Source: Azolla caroliniana
Taxonomy: Eukaryota; Plantae; Polypodiophyta
Assembly: GCA_043228905.1 (NCBI GenBank)
Contig: JBHGNT010000018.1
Coordinates: forward strand, 1 to 64,000
Reading direction: 5' to 3'
Length of the DNA: 64,000 bases
The notes under the pieces are model-generated. The model was not told the DNA's origin. It ran no database searches and saw only the letters and a list, made by a program, of their open reading frames with translations. Shown in pieces: positions 14,701 to 29,700 of this stretch (position 1 is the first letter of the stretch; each line of letters begins with the position of its first letter). The translations under genes were made by a program, and so were the position numbers.

Positions 14701-17700
14701 AAATCGGATATCATACGAGCCAGTTATAAACATTTTAATTTACTCATGCGCTCTTCTCAACTCCCTCCTCTAATTTGCTAATTTCTTCATGTCTCTCGAC
14801 CTGAGTTTCAAAATCTTGATTTTTTAATTCCATATCATAGCTAGTGTTATTAGCTGCGATTCGCATGATTGGAACACTAAAATCGGATATCACACGAGCC
14901 AGTTATAAACATTTTAATTTACTCATGCGCTCTTCTCAACTCCCTCCTCTAATTTGCTAATTTCTTCATGTCTCTCGACCTGAGTTTCAAAATCTTGATT
15001 TTCTAATTCCATATCATAGCTAGTGTTGTTAGCTTCGATTCGCATGTTTGAACACTAAAATCCGATATCACACAAGCCAGGTATGACAATTTTAATTTAC
15101 TCACTTGCTCTTCTCAACTCCCTCCTCTAATTTACTAATTCCTTCATGTCTCTCGACCTGAGTTTCAAAATCTTGATTTTTTAATTCCATATCATAGCTA
15201 GTGTTATTAGCTTCGATTCGCATGATTGGAACACTAAAATTGGATATCACACGAGCCAGTCATGAACATTTTAATTTACTCACACGCTCTTCTCAACTGC
15301 CTCCTCTAATTTACTAATTTCTTCATGTCTCTCGACCTGAGTTTCAAAATCTTGATTTTTTAATTCCATATCATAGCTAGTGTTATTAGCTTCGATTCAC
15401 ATGATTGGAACACTAAAATCGGATATCACACGAGCCAGTCATGAACATTTTAATTTACTCACACGCTCTTCTCAACTCCCTCCTCTAATTTACTAATTTT
15501 TTCATGTCTCGCGACCTAAGTTTAAAAATCTTGATTTTTTAATTCCATATTATAGCTAGTGTTGTTAGCTTCGATTCGCATGATGGAACACTAAAATCGA
15601 ATATCACACGAGCAAGCTATGAACATTTTAATTTACGCACCTGCTCTTCTCAACTCCCTCCTCAAATTTGGTAATTTCTTCAAGTCTCTCGACCTGAGTT
15701 TCAAAATCTTGATTTTCTAATTCCATATCATAGGTAGTGTTGTTAGCTTCGATTCCCAGGTTTGAACACAACAATCCGATATCACACGGGCCAGGTACGA
15801 ACATTTTAATTTACTCACGCGCTCTTCTCAACTCCCTCCTCTGATTTACTAATTTCATCATGTCTCTCGACCTGTGTTTTAAAATCATGATTTTCTAATT
15901 CCATATCATAGCTAGTGTTGTTAGCTTCGATTCGCATGTTTGAACACTAAAATCCGATATTACACAAGCCAGGTATGACAATTTTAATTTACTCACTTGC
16001 TCTTCTCAACTCCCTCCTCTAATATACTAATTTCTTCATCTCTCTCGACCTGAGTTTCAAAATCTTGATTTTTTAATTCCATATCATAGCTAGTGTTATT
16101 AGCTTCGATTCGCATGATTGGAACACTAAAATCGAATATCACACGAGCCAGTTATAAACATTTTAATTTACTCATGCGCTCTTCTCAACTCCCTCCTCTA
16201 ATTTGCTAATTTCTTCATGTCTCTCGACCTGAGTTTCAAAATCTTGATTTTCGAATTCCATATCATAGCTAGTGTTGTTAGCTTCGATTCGCATGTTTGA
16301 ACACTAAAATCCGATATCACACAAGCCAGGTATGACAATTTTAATTTACTCACTTGCTCTTCTCAACTCCCTCCTCTAATTTACTAATTTCTTCATGTCT
16401 CTCGACCTGAGTTTCAAAATCTTGATTTTTTAATTCCATATCATAGCTAGTGTTGTCAGCTTCGATTCGCATGTTTGAACACTAAAATCCGATATCACAC
16501 GAGCCAGGTATGACAATGTTAATTTACTCACTTGCTCTTCTCCACTCCCTCCTCTAATTTACTACTTTCTTCATGTCTCTCGACCTGAGTTTCAAAATAT
16601 TGATTTTCTAATTCCATTTTATAGCTAGTGTTAATTTACTGACTTGCTCTTCTCAACTCCCTCCTCAAATTTGCTAATTTCTTCATGTCTCTCGACCTGA
16701 TATTCCAAATCTTGATTTTCTAATTCCATATCATAGCTAGTGTTGTTAGCACGATTGGCATGATTGGAACACTAAAATCGTATATCACACGAGCCAGTTA
16801 TGAACATTTCATCATGTCTCTCGACCTGAGTTTCGAAATCGTGACTTGCTCTTCTCAACTCCCTCCTCAAATTTGCTAATTTCTTCATGTCTCTCGACCT
16901 GATATTCCAAATCTTGATTTTTTAATTCCATATCATAGCTAGTGTTGTTAGCTCGATTGGCATGATTGGAACACTAAAATCGGATATCACACGAGCCAGT
17001 TATGAACATTTCATCATGTCTCTCGACCTGAATTTCGAAATCGTGATTTTCTAATTCCATATCATAGCTAGTGTTGTTAGCTTCGATTCCCAGGTTTGAA
17101 CACAACAATCCGATATCACACGAGCCAGGTACGAACATTTTAATTTACTCACGCGCTCTTCTCAACTCCCTCCTCTGATTTACTAATTTCATCATGTCTC
17201 TCGACCTGAGTTTTAAAATCATGATTTTCTAATTCCATATCATAGCTAGTGTTGTTAGCTTCGATTCGCATGTTTGAACACTAAAATCCGATATTACACA
17301 AGCCAGGTATGACAATTTTAATTTACTCACTTGCTCTTCTCAACTCCCTCCTCTAATTTACTAATTTCTTCAAGTCTCTCGACCTGAGTTTCAAAATCTT
17401 GATTTTTTAATTCCATATCATAGCTAGTGTTATTAGCTGCGATTCGCATGATTGGAACACTAAAATCGGATATCACACGAGCCAGTTATAAACATTTTAA
17501 TTTACTCATGCGCTCTTCTCAACTCCCTCCTCTAATTTGCTAATTTCTTCATGTCTCTCGACCTGAGTTTCAAAATCTTGATTTTCTAATTCCATATCAT
17601 AGCTAGTGTTGTTAGCTTCGATTCGCATGTTTGAACACTAAAATCCGATATCACACAAGCCAGGTATGACAATTTTAATTTACTCACTTGCTCTTCTCAA

Positions 17701-20700
17701 CTCCCTCCTCTAATTTACTAATTTCTTCATGTCTCTCGACCTGAGTTTCAAAATCTTGATTTTCTAATTGCATATCATAGCTAGTGTTGTCAGCTTCGAT
17801 TCGCATGTTTGAACACTAAAATCCGATATCACACGAGCCAGGTATGACAATGTTAATTTACTCACTTGCTCTTCTCCACTCCCTCCTCTAATTTACTACT
17901 TTCTTCATGTCTCTCGACCTGAGTTTCAAAATATTGATTTTCTAATTCCATTTTATAGCTAGTGTTAATTTACTGACTTGCTCTTCTCAACTCCCTCCTC
18001 AAATTTGCTAATTTCTTCATGTCTCTCGACCTGATATTCCAAATCTTGATTTTTTAATTCCATATCATAGCTAGTGTTGTTAGCACGATTGGCATGATTG
18101 GAACACTAAAATCGGATATCACACGAGCCAGTTATGAACATTTCATCATGTCTCTCGACCTGAGTTTCGAAATCGTGACTTGCTCTTCTCAACTCCCTCC
18201 TCAAATTTGCTAATTTCTTCATGTCTCTCGACCTGATATTCCAAATCTTGATTTTTTAATTCCATATCATAGCTAGTGTTGTTAGCTCGATTGGAATGAT
18301 TGGAACACTAAAATCGGATATCACACGAGCCAGTTATGAACATTTCATCATGTCTCTCGACCTGAGTTTCGAAATCGTGATTTTCTAATTCCATATCATA
18401 GCTAGTGTTATTATCTTCGATTCGCATATTTGAACACAACAATCCGATATCACACAAGCCAGGTATGACAATTTTAATTTACTCACTTGCTCTTCTCAAC
18501 TCCCTCCTCTAATTTACTAATTTTTCATGTCTTTGGACCTGAGTTTCAAAATCCTAATTTTTTAATTCCATATCATAGCTAGTGTTGTTAGCTTCGATTG
18601 GCATGTTTGAACACTAAAATCCGATATCACACAAACCAGGTATGATCATTTTAATTTACTCACTTGCTCTTCCTAACTCCCTCCTCTAATTTACTAATTT
18701 CTTCATGTCTCTTGACCTGAGTTTCAAAATCTTGATTTTTTAATTCCATATCATAGCTAGTGTTGTTAGCTTCGATTCGCATGTTTGAACACTAAAATCC
18801 GATATCACACAAGCCAGGTATGACAATTTTAATTTACTCACTTGCTCTTCTCAACTCCCTCCTCTAATTTACTAATTTCTTCATGTCTCTCGACCTGAGT
18901 GTCAGAATCTTGATTTTCTAATTGCATATCATAGCTAGTGTTGTCAGCTTCGATTCGCATGTTTGAACACTAAAATCCGATATCACACGAGCCAGGTATG
19001 GCAATGTTAATTTACTCACTTGCTCTTCTCCACTCCCTCCTCTAATTTACTACTTTCTTCATGTCTCTCGACCTGAGTTTCAAAATATTGATTTTCTAAT
19101 TCCATTTTATAGCTAGTGTTAATTTACTGACTTGCTCTTCTCAACTCCCTCCTCAAATTTGCTAATTTCTTCATGTCTCTCGACCTGATATTCCAAATCT
19201 TGATTTTTTAATTCCATATCATAGCTAGTGTTGTTAGCACGATTGGCATGATTGGAACACTAAAATCGGATATCACACGAGCCAGTTATGAACATTTCAT
19301 CATGTCTCTCGACCTGAGTTTCGAAATCGTGACTTGCTCTTCTCAACTCCCTCCTCAAATTTGCTAATTTCTTCATGTCTCTCGACCTGATATTCCAAAT
19401 CTTGATTTTTTAATTCAATATCATAGCGAGTGTTGTTATCTTCGATTCGCATGTTTGAACACTAAAATCTAATATCACACGAGCCAGGTATGACAATTTT
19501 AATTTACTCACTTGCTCTTCTCAACTCCCTCCTCTAATTTACTAATTTCTTCATGTCTCTCGACCTGAGTTTCAAAATCTTGAATTTTTAATTCCATATC
19601 ATAGCTAGTGTTATTAGCTTCGATTCGCATGAATGGAACACTAAAATCGTATATCACACGAGCGAGTTATGAACATTTTAATTTACTGACTTGCTCTTCT
19701 CAACTCCCTCCTCAAATTTGCTAATTTCTTCATGTCTCTCGTCCTGATATTCCAAATCTTGATTTTTTAATTCCATATCATAGCTAGTGTTGTTAGCTCG
19801 ATTGGCATGATTGGAACACTAAAATCGGATATCACACGAGCCAGTTATGAACATTTCATCATGTCTCTCGACCTGAGTTTCGAAATCGTGATTTTCTAAT
19901 TCCATATCATAGCTAGTGTTGTTAACTTCGATTCGCATGTTTGAACACAACAATCCGATATCACACAAGCCAGGTATGACAATTTTAATTTACTCACTTG
20001 CTCTTCTCAACTCCCTCCTCTAATTTACTAATTTCTTCATGTCTCTCGACCGGAGTTTCAAAATCTTGATTTTTTAATTCCATATTATAGCTAGTGTTGT
20101 TAGCTTCGATTCGCATGATGGAACACTAAAATCGAATATCACACAAACCAGGTATGACAATTTTAATTTACTCACTTGCTCTTCTCAACTCCCTCCTCAA
20201 ATTTGGTAATTTCTTCATATCTCTCGACCTGAGTTTCAAAATCTTGATTTTTTAATTCAATATCATAGCTAGTGTTGTTATCTTCGATTCGCATGTTTGA
20301 ACACTAAAATCCGATATCACACGAGCCAGGTATGACAATTTTAATTTACTCACTTACTCTTCTCAACTCCCTCCTCAAATTTGGTAATTTCTTCATGTCT
20401 CTCGACCTGAGTTTCAAAATCTTGATTTTTTAATTCCATATCATAGCTAGTGTTATTAGCTTCGATTCGCATGATTGGAACACTAAAATCGGATATCACA
20501 CGAGCCAGTTATAAACATTTTAATTTACTCATGCGCTCTTCTCAACTCCCTCCTCTAATTTGCTAATTTCTTCATGTCTCTCGACCTGAGTTTCAAAATC
20601 TTGATTTTTTAATTCCATATCATAGCTAGTGTTATTAGCTTCGATTCGCATGATTGGAACACTAAAATTGGATATCACACGAGCCAGTCATGAACATTTT

Positions 20701-23700
20701 AATTTACTCACACGCTCTTCTCAACTCCCTCCTCTAATTTACTAATTTCTTCATGTCTCTCGACCTGAGTTTCAAAATCTTGATTTTTTAATTCCATATC
20801 ATAGCTAGTGTTATTAGCTTCGATTCACATGATTGGAACACTAAAATCGGATATCACACGAGCCAGTCATGAACATTTTAATTTACTCACACGCTCTTCT
20901 CAACTCCCTCCTCTAATTTACTGATTTTTTCATGTCTCGCGACCTAAGATTAAAAATCTTGATTTTTTAATTCCGATATCACACGAGCCAGGTATGACAA
21001 TGTTAATTTACTCACTTGCTCTTCTCCACTCCCTCCTCTAATTTACTACTTTCTTCATGTCTCTCGACCTGAGTTTCAAAATATTGATTTTCTAATTCCA
21101 TTTTATAGCTAGTGTTAATTTACTGACTTGCTCTTCTAAACTCCCTCCTCAAATTTGCTAATTTCTTCATGGCTCTCGACCTGATATTCCAAATCTTGAT
21201 TTTTTAATTCCATATCATAGCTAGTGTTGTTAGCACGATTGGCATGATTGGAACACTAAAATCGGATATCACACGAGCCAGTTATGAACATTTCATCATG
21301 TCTCTCGACCTGAGTTTCGAAATCGTGACTTGCTCTTCTCAACTCCCTCCTCAAATTTGCTAATTTCTTCATGTCTCTCGACCTGATATTCCAAATCTTG
21401 ATTTTTTAATTCCATATCATAGCTAGTGTTGTTAGCTCGATTGGAATGATTGGAACACTAAAATCGGATATCACACGAGCCAGTTATGAACATTTCATCA
21501 TGTCTCTCGACCTGAGTTTCGAAATCGTGATTTTCTAATTCCATATCATAGCTAGTGTTATTATCTTCGATTCGCATATTTGAACACAACAATCCGATAT
21601 CACACAAGCCAGGTATGACAATTTTAATTTACTCACTTGCTCTTCTCAACTCCCTCCTCTAATTTACTAATTTTTCATGTCTTTGGACCTGAGTTTCAAA
21701 ATCCTAATTTTTTAATTCCATATCATAGCTAGTGTTGTTAGCTTCGATTGGCATGTTTGAACACTAAAATCCGATATCACACAAACCAGGTATGATCATT
21801 TTAATTTACTCACTTGCTCTTCCTAACTCCCTCCTCTAATTTACTAATTTCTTCATGTCTCTTGACCTGAGTTTCAAAATCTTGATTTTTTAATTCCATA
21901 TCATAGCTAGTGTTGTTAGCTTCGATTCGCATGTTTGAACACTAAAATCCGATATCACACAAGCCAGGTATGACAATTTTAATTTACTCACTTGCTCTTC
22001 TCAACTCCCTCCTCTAATTTACTAATTTCTTCATGTCTCTCGACCTGAGTTTCAAAATCTTGATTTTCTAATTGCATATCATAGCTAGTGTTGTCAGCTT
22101 CGATTCGCATGTTTGAACACTAAAATCCGATATCACACGAGCCAGGTATGACAATGTTAATTTACTCACGCGCTCTTCTCAACTCCCTCCTCTAATTTAC
22201 TAATTTTTCATGTCTTTGGACCTGAGTTTCAAAATCCTAATTTTTTAATTCCATATCATAACTAGTGTTGTTAGCTTCGATTCGCATGTTTGAACACTAA
22301 AATCGGATATCACACGAGCCAGGTATGACAACTTTAATTTACTCACGCGCTCTTCTCAACTCCCTCCTCAAATTTGGTAATTTCTTCATGTCTCTCGACC
22401 TGAGTTTCAAAATCTTGATTTTTTAATTCAATATCATAGCGAGTGTTGTTATCTTCGATTCGCATGTTTGAACACTAAAATCTAATATCACACGAGCCAG
22501 GTATGACAATTTTAATTTACTCACTTGCTCTTCTCAACTCCCTCCTCTAATTTACTAATTTCTTCATGTCTCTCGACCTGAGTTTCAAAATCTTGAATTT
22601 TTAATTCCATATCATAGCTAGTGTTATTAGCTTCGATTCGCATGAATGGAACACTAAAATCGTATATCACACGAGCGAGTTATGAACATTTTAATTTACT
22701 GACTTGCTCTTCTCAACTCCCTCCTCAAATTTGCTAATTTCTTCATGTCTCTCGTCCTGATATTCCAAATCTTGATTTTTTAATTCCATATCATAGCTAG
22801 TGTTGTTAGCTCGATTGGCATGATTGGAACACTAAAATCGGATATCACACGAGCCAGTTATGAACATTTCATCATGTCTCTCGACCTGAGTTTCGAAATC
22901 GTGATTTTCTAATTCCATATCATAGCTAGTGTTGTTAACTTCGATTCGCATGTTTGAACACAACAATCCGATATCACACAAGCCAGGTATGACAATTTTA
23001 ATTTACTCACTTGCTCTTCTCAACTCCCTCCTCTAATTTACTAATTTCTTCATGTCTCTCGACCGGAGTTTCAAAATCTTGATTTTTTAATTCCATATTA
23101 TAGCTAGTGTTGTTAGCTTCGATTCGCATGATGGAACACTAAAATCCAATATCACACAAACCAGGTATGACAATTTTAATTTACTCACTTGCTCTTCTCA
23201 ACTCCCTCCTCAAATTTGCTAATTTCTTCATATCTCTCGACCTGAGTGTCAAAATCTTGATTTTTTAATTCAATATCATAGCTAGTGTTGTTATCTTCGA
23301 TTCGCATGTTTGAACACTAAAATCCGATATCACACGAGCCAGGTATGACAATTTTAATTTACTCACTTACTCTTCTCAACTCCCTCCTCAAATTTGGTAA
23401 TTTCTTCATGTCTCTCGACCTGAGTTTCAAAATCTTGATTTTTTAATTCCATATCATAGCTAGTGTTATTAGCTTCGATTCGCATGATTGGAACACTAAA
23501 ATCGGATATCACACAAGCCAGTCATGAACATTTTAATTTACTCACACGCTCTTCTCAACTCCCTCCTCAAATTTGGTAATTTCTTCATGTCTCTCGATCT
23601 GAGTATCAAAATCTTGATTTTTTAATTCCATATCATAGCTAGCGTTATTAGCTTCGATTCGCATGTTTGAACACTAAAATCCGATATCACACAAGCCAGG

Positions 23701-26700
23701 TATGACAATTTTAATTTACTCACGCGCTCTTCTCAACTCCCTCCTCTAATTTACTAATTTCTTCATGTCTCTCGACCTGAGTTTCAAAAACTTGATTTTT
23801 TAATTCCATATTATAGCTAGTGTTGTTAGCTTTGATTCGCATGATGGAACACTAAAATCGAATATCACACGAGCAATCTATGAACATTTTAATTTACGCA
23901 CCTGCTCTTCTCAACTCCCTCCTCAAATTTGGTAATTTCTTCATGTCTCTCAACCTGAGTTTCAAAATCTTGATTTTTTAATTCAATATCATAGCTAGTG
24001 TTGTTAGCTTCGATTCGCATGTTTGAACACTAAAATCTAATATCACACGAGCCAGGTATGACAATTTTAATTTACTCACTTGCTCTTCTCAACTCCCTCC
24101 TCTAATTTACTAATTTCTTCATGTCTCTCGACCTGAGTTTCAAAATCTTGAATTTTTAATTCCATATCATAGCTAGTGTTATTAGCTTCGATTCGCATGA
24201 ATGGAACACTAAAATCGTATATCACACGAGCCAGTTATGAACATTTTAATTTACTGACTTGCTCTTCTCAACTGCCTCCTCAAATTTGCTAATTTCTTCA
24301 TGTCTCTCGTCCTGATATTCCAAATCTTGATTTTTTAATTCCATATCATAGCTAGTGTTGTTAGCTCGATTGGCATGATTGGAACACTAAAATCGGATAT
24401 CACACGAGCCAGTTATGAACATTTCATCATGTCTCTCGACCTGAGTTTCGAAATCGTGATTTTTTAATTCAATATCATAGCTAGTGTTGTTAGCTTCGAT
24501 TCGCATGTTTGAACACTAAAATCGGATATCACACGAGCCAGGTATGACAACTTTAATTTACTCACGCGCTCTTGTCAACTCCCTCCTCAAATTTGGTAAT
24601 TTCTTCATGTCTCTCGACCTGAGTTTTAAAATCATGATTTTCTAATTCCATATCATAGCTAGTGTTGTTAGCTTCAATTCGCATGTTTGAACACTAAAAT
24701 CGGATATCACAGGAGCCAGGTATGACAACTTTAATTTACTCACGCGCTCTTCTCAACTCCCTCCTCTAATTAACTAATTTCTTCATGTCTCTCGACCTGA
24801 GTTTCAAAATCTTGATTTTTTAATTCCATATTATAGCTAGCGTTATTAGCTTCGATTTGCATGTTTGAACACTACAATCCGATATCACACGAGCCAGGTA
24901 TGACAATTTTAATTTACTCACGCGCTCTTCTCAACTCCCTCCTCTAATTAACTAATTTCTTCATGTCTCTCGACCTGAGTTTCAAAATCTTGATTTTTTA
25001 ATTCCATATCATAGCTAGTGTTATTAGCTTCGATTCGCATGATTGGAACACTAAAATCGGATATCACACGAGCCAGTCATGAACATTTTAATTTACTCAC
25101 ACGCTGTTCTCAACTCCCTCCTCTAATTTACTAATTTCTTCATGTCTCTCGACCTGAGTTTCAAAATCTTGATTTTTTAATTCGATATCATAGCTAGTGT
25201 TATTAGCTTCGATTCGCATGATTGGAACACTAAAATCGGATATCACACGAGCCAGTCATGAACATTTTAATTTACTCACACGCTCTTCTCAACTCCCTCC
25301 TCTAATTTACTAATTTTTTCATGTCTCGCGACCTAAGTTTAAAAATCTTGATTTTTTAATTCCATATTATAGCTAGTGTTGTTAGCTTCGATTCGCATGA
25401 TGGAACACTAAAATCGAATATCACACGAGCAAGGTATGAACATTTTACTTTACGCACCTGCTCTTCTCAACTCCCTCCTCAAATTTGGTAATTTCTTCAT
25501 GTCTCTCGACCTGAGTTTCAAAATCTTGATTTTTTAATTCAATATCATAGCTAGTGTTGTTATCTTCGATTCGCATGTTTGAACACTAAAATCCGATATC
25601 ACACGAGCCAGGTATGACAATTTTAATTTACTCACTTACTCTTCTCAACTCCCTCCTCAAATTTGGTAATTTCTTCATGTCTCTCGACCTGAGTTTCAAA
25701 ATCTTGATTTTTTAATTCCATATCATAGCTAGTGTTGTTAGCTTCGATTCGCATGTTTGAACACTAAAATCGGATTTCACACGAGCCAGGTATGACAATT
25801 TTACTTTACTCACTTACTCTTCTCAACTCCCTCCTCAAATTTGGTAATTTCTTCATGTCTCTCGACCTGAGTTTCAAAATCTTGATTTTTTAATTCCATA
25901 TTATAGCTAGTGTTGTTAGCTTCGATTCGCATGTTTGAACACTAAAATCGGATATCACACGAGCCAGGTATGACAAGTTTAATTTACTCACGCGCTCTTC
26001 TCAACTCCCTCCTCAAATTTGGTAATTTCTTCATGTCTCTCGACCTGAGTATCAAAATCTTGATTTTTTAATTCCATATCATAGCTAGCGTTATTAGCTT
26101 CGATTCGCATGTTTGAACACTAAAATCCGATATCACACGAGCCAGGTATGACAATTTTAATTTACTCACGGGCTCTTCTCAACTCCCTCCTCTAATTTGG
26201 TAATTTCTTCATGTCTCTCGACCTGAGTTTCAAAATCTTGATTTTTTAATTCTATATCATAGCTAGTGTTGTTATCTTCGATTCGCATGTTTGAACACTA
26301 AAAGCTGATATCACACGAGCCAGGTATGACAATTTTAATTTACTCACTTGCTCTTCTCAACTCCCTCCTCTAATTTACCAAATTCTTCATGTCTCTCGAC
26401 CGGAGTTTTAAAATCTTGATTTTTTAATTCCATATTATAGCTAGTGTTGTTAGCTTCGATTCGCATGATGGAACACTAAAATCGAATATCACACGAGCAA
26501 GCTATGAACATTTTAATTTACGCACCTGCTCTTCTCAACTCCCTCCTCAAATTTGGTAATTTCTTCATATCTCTTGACCTGAGTTACAAAATCTTGATTT
26601 TTTAATTCCATATCATAGCTAGTGTTGTTAGCTTCGATTCGCATGTTTGAACACTAAAATCCCATATCACACGAGCCAGGTATGACAATTTTAATTTACT

Positions 26701-29700
26701 CACGCGCTCTTCTCAACTCCCTCCTCTAATTAACTAATTTCTTCATGTCTCTCGACCTGAGTTTCAAAATCTTGATTTTTTAATTCCATATCATAGCTAG
26801 TGTTATTAGCTTCGATTCGCATGATTGGAACACTAAAATCCGATATCACACGAGCCAGTCATGAACATTTTAATTTACTCACACGCTCTTCTCAACTCCC
26901 TTCTCTAATTTACTAATTTCTTCATGTCTCTCGACCTGAGTATCAAAATTTGATTTTTTAATTCCATATCATAGCTAGCGTTATTAGCTTCGATTCGCAT
27001 GTTTGAACACTAAAATCCGATATCACACGAGCCAGGTATGACAATTTTAATTTACTCACGCGCTCTTCTCAACTCCCTCCTCTAATTTACTAATTTCTTC
27101 ATGTCTCTCGACCTGAGTTTCAAAATCTTGATTTTTTAATTCCATATCATAGCTAGTGTTATTAGCTTCGATTCGCATGATTGGAACACTAAAATCGGAT
27201 ATCACACGAGCCAGTCATGAACATTTTAATTTACTCACACGCTCTTCTCAACTTCCTCCTCTAATTTACTAATTTCTTCATGTGTCTCGACCTGAGTTTC
27301 AAAATCTTGATTTTTTAATTCCATATCATAGCTAGTGTTATTAGCTTCGATTCGCATGATTAAAACACTAAAATCGGATATCACACGAGCCAGTCATGAA
27401 CATTTTAATTTACTCACACGCTCTTCTCAACTCCCTCCTCCAATTTACTAATTTTTTCATGTCTCCCGACCTAAGTTTAAAAATCTTGATTTTTTAATTC
27501 CATTTTATAGCTAGTGTTGTTAGCTTCGATTCGCATGTTTGAACACTAAAATCCGATATCACACGAGCCAGGTATGACAACTTTAATTTACTCACGCGCT
27601 CTTCTCAACTCCCTCCTCTAATTTACTAATTTCTTCATGTCTCTCGACCTGAGTTTCAAAATCTTGATTTTTTAATTCCATATTATAGCTAGCGTTATTA
27701 GCTTCGATTTGCATGTTTGAACACTACAATCCGATATCACACGAGCCAGGTATGACAATTTTAATTTACTCACGCGCTCTTCTCAACTCCCTCCTCTAAT
27801 TAACTAATTTCTTCATGTCTCTCGACCTGAGTTTCAAAATCTTGATTTTTTAATTCCATATCATAGCTAGTGTTATTAGCTTCGATTCGCATGATTGGAA
27901 CACTAAAATCGGATATCACACGAGCCAGTCATGAACATTTTAATTTACTCACACGCTCTTCTCAACTCCCTCCTCTAATTTACTAATTTTTTCATGTCTC
28001 GCGACCTAAGTTTAAAAATCTTGATTTTTTAATTCCATATGATAGCTAGTGTTGTTAGCTTCGATTCGCATGATGGAACACTAAAATCGAATATCACACG
28101 AGCAAGGTATGAACATTTTACTTTACGCACCTGCTCTTCTCAACTCCCTCCTCAAATTTGGTAATTTCTTCATGTCTCTCGACCTGAGTTTCAAAATCTT
28201 GATTTTTTAATTCAATATCATAGCTAGTGTTGTTATCTTCGATTCGCATGTTTGAACACTAAAATCCGATATCACACGAGCCAGGTATGACAATTTTAAT
28301 TTACTCACTTACTCTTCTCAACTCCCTCCTCAAATTTGGTAATTTCTTCATGTCTCTCGACCTGAGTTTCAAAATCTTGATTTTTTAATTCCATATCATA
28401 GCTAGTGTTGTTAGCTTCGATTCGCATGTTTGAACACTAAAATCGGATTTCACACGAGCCAGGTATGACAATTTTACTTTACTCACTTACTCTTCTCAAC
28501 TCCCTCCTCAAATTTGGTAATTTCTTCATGTCTCTCGACCTGAGTTTCAAAATCTTGATTTTTTAATTCCATATCATAGCTAGTGTTATTAGCTTCGATT
28601 CGCATGATTGGAACACTAAAATCGGATATCACACGAGCCAGTCATGAACATTTTAATTTACTCACACGCTCTTCTCAACTCCCTCCTCAAATTTGGTAAT
28701 TTCTTCATGTCTCTGGATCTGAGTATCAAAATCTTGATTTTTTAATTCCATATCATAGCTAGCGTTATTAGCTTCGATTCGCATGTTTGAACACTAAAAT
28801 CCGATATCACACGAGCCAGGTATGACAATTTTAATTTACTCACGCGCTCTTCTCAACTCCGTCCTCAAATTTGGTAATTTCTTCATGTCTCTCGACCTGA
28901 GTATCAAAATCTTGATTTTTTAATTCCATATCATAGCTAGCGTTATTAGCTTCGATTCGCATGTTTCAACACTAAAATCCGATATCACACGAGCCAGGTA
29001 TGACAATTTTAATTTACTCACGCGCTCTTCTCAACTCCCTCCTCTAATTTACTAATTTCTTCATGTCTCTCGACCTGAGTTTCAAAATCTTGATTTTTTA
29101 ATTCCATATCATAGCTAGTGTTATTAGCTTCGATTCGCATGATTGGAACACTAAAATCGGATATCACACGAGCCAGTCATGAACATTTTAATTTACTCAC
29201 ACGCTCTTCTCAACTCCCTCCTCAAATTTGGTAATTTCTTCATGTCTCTCGATCTGAGTATCAAAATCTTGATTTTTTAATTCCATATCATAGCTAGCGT
29301 TATTAGCTTCGATTCGCATGTTTGAACACTAAAATCCGATATCACACAAGCCAGGTATGACAATTTTAATTTACTCACTTACTCTTCTCAACTCCCTCCT
29401 CTAATTTACTAATTTCTTCATGTCTCTCGACCTGAGTTTCAAAATCTTGATTTTTTAATTCCATATCATAACTAGTGTTGTTAGCTTCGATTCGCATGTT
29501 TGAACACTAAAATCGGATATCACACGAGCCAGGTATGACAACTTTAATTTACTCACGCGCTCTTCTCAACTCCCTCCTCAAATTTGGTAATTTCTTCATG
29601 TCTCTCGACCTGAGTTTTAAAATCATGATTTTCTAATTCCATATCATAGCTAGTGTTGTTAGCTTCGATTCGCATGTTTGAACACTAAAATCGGATATCA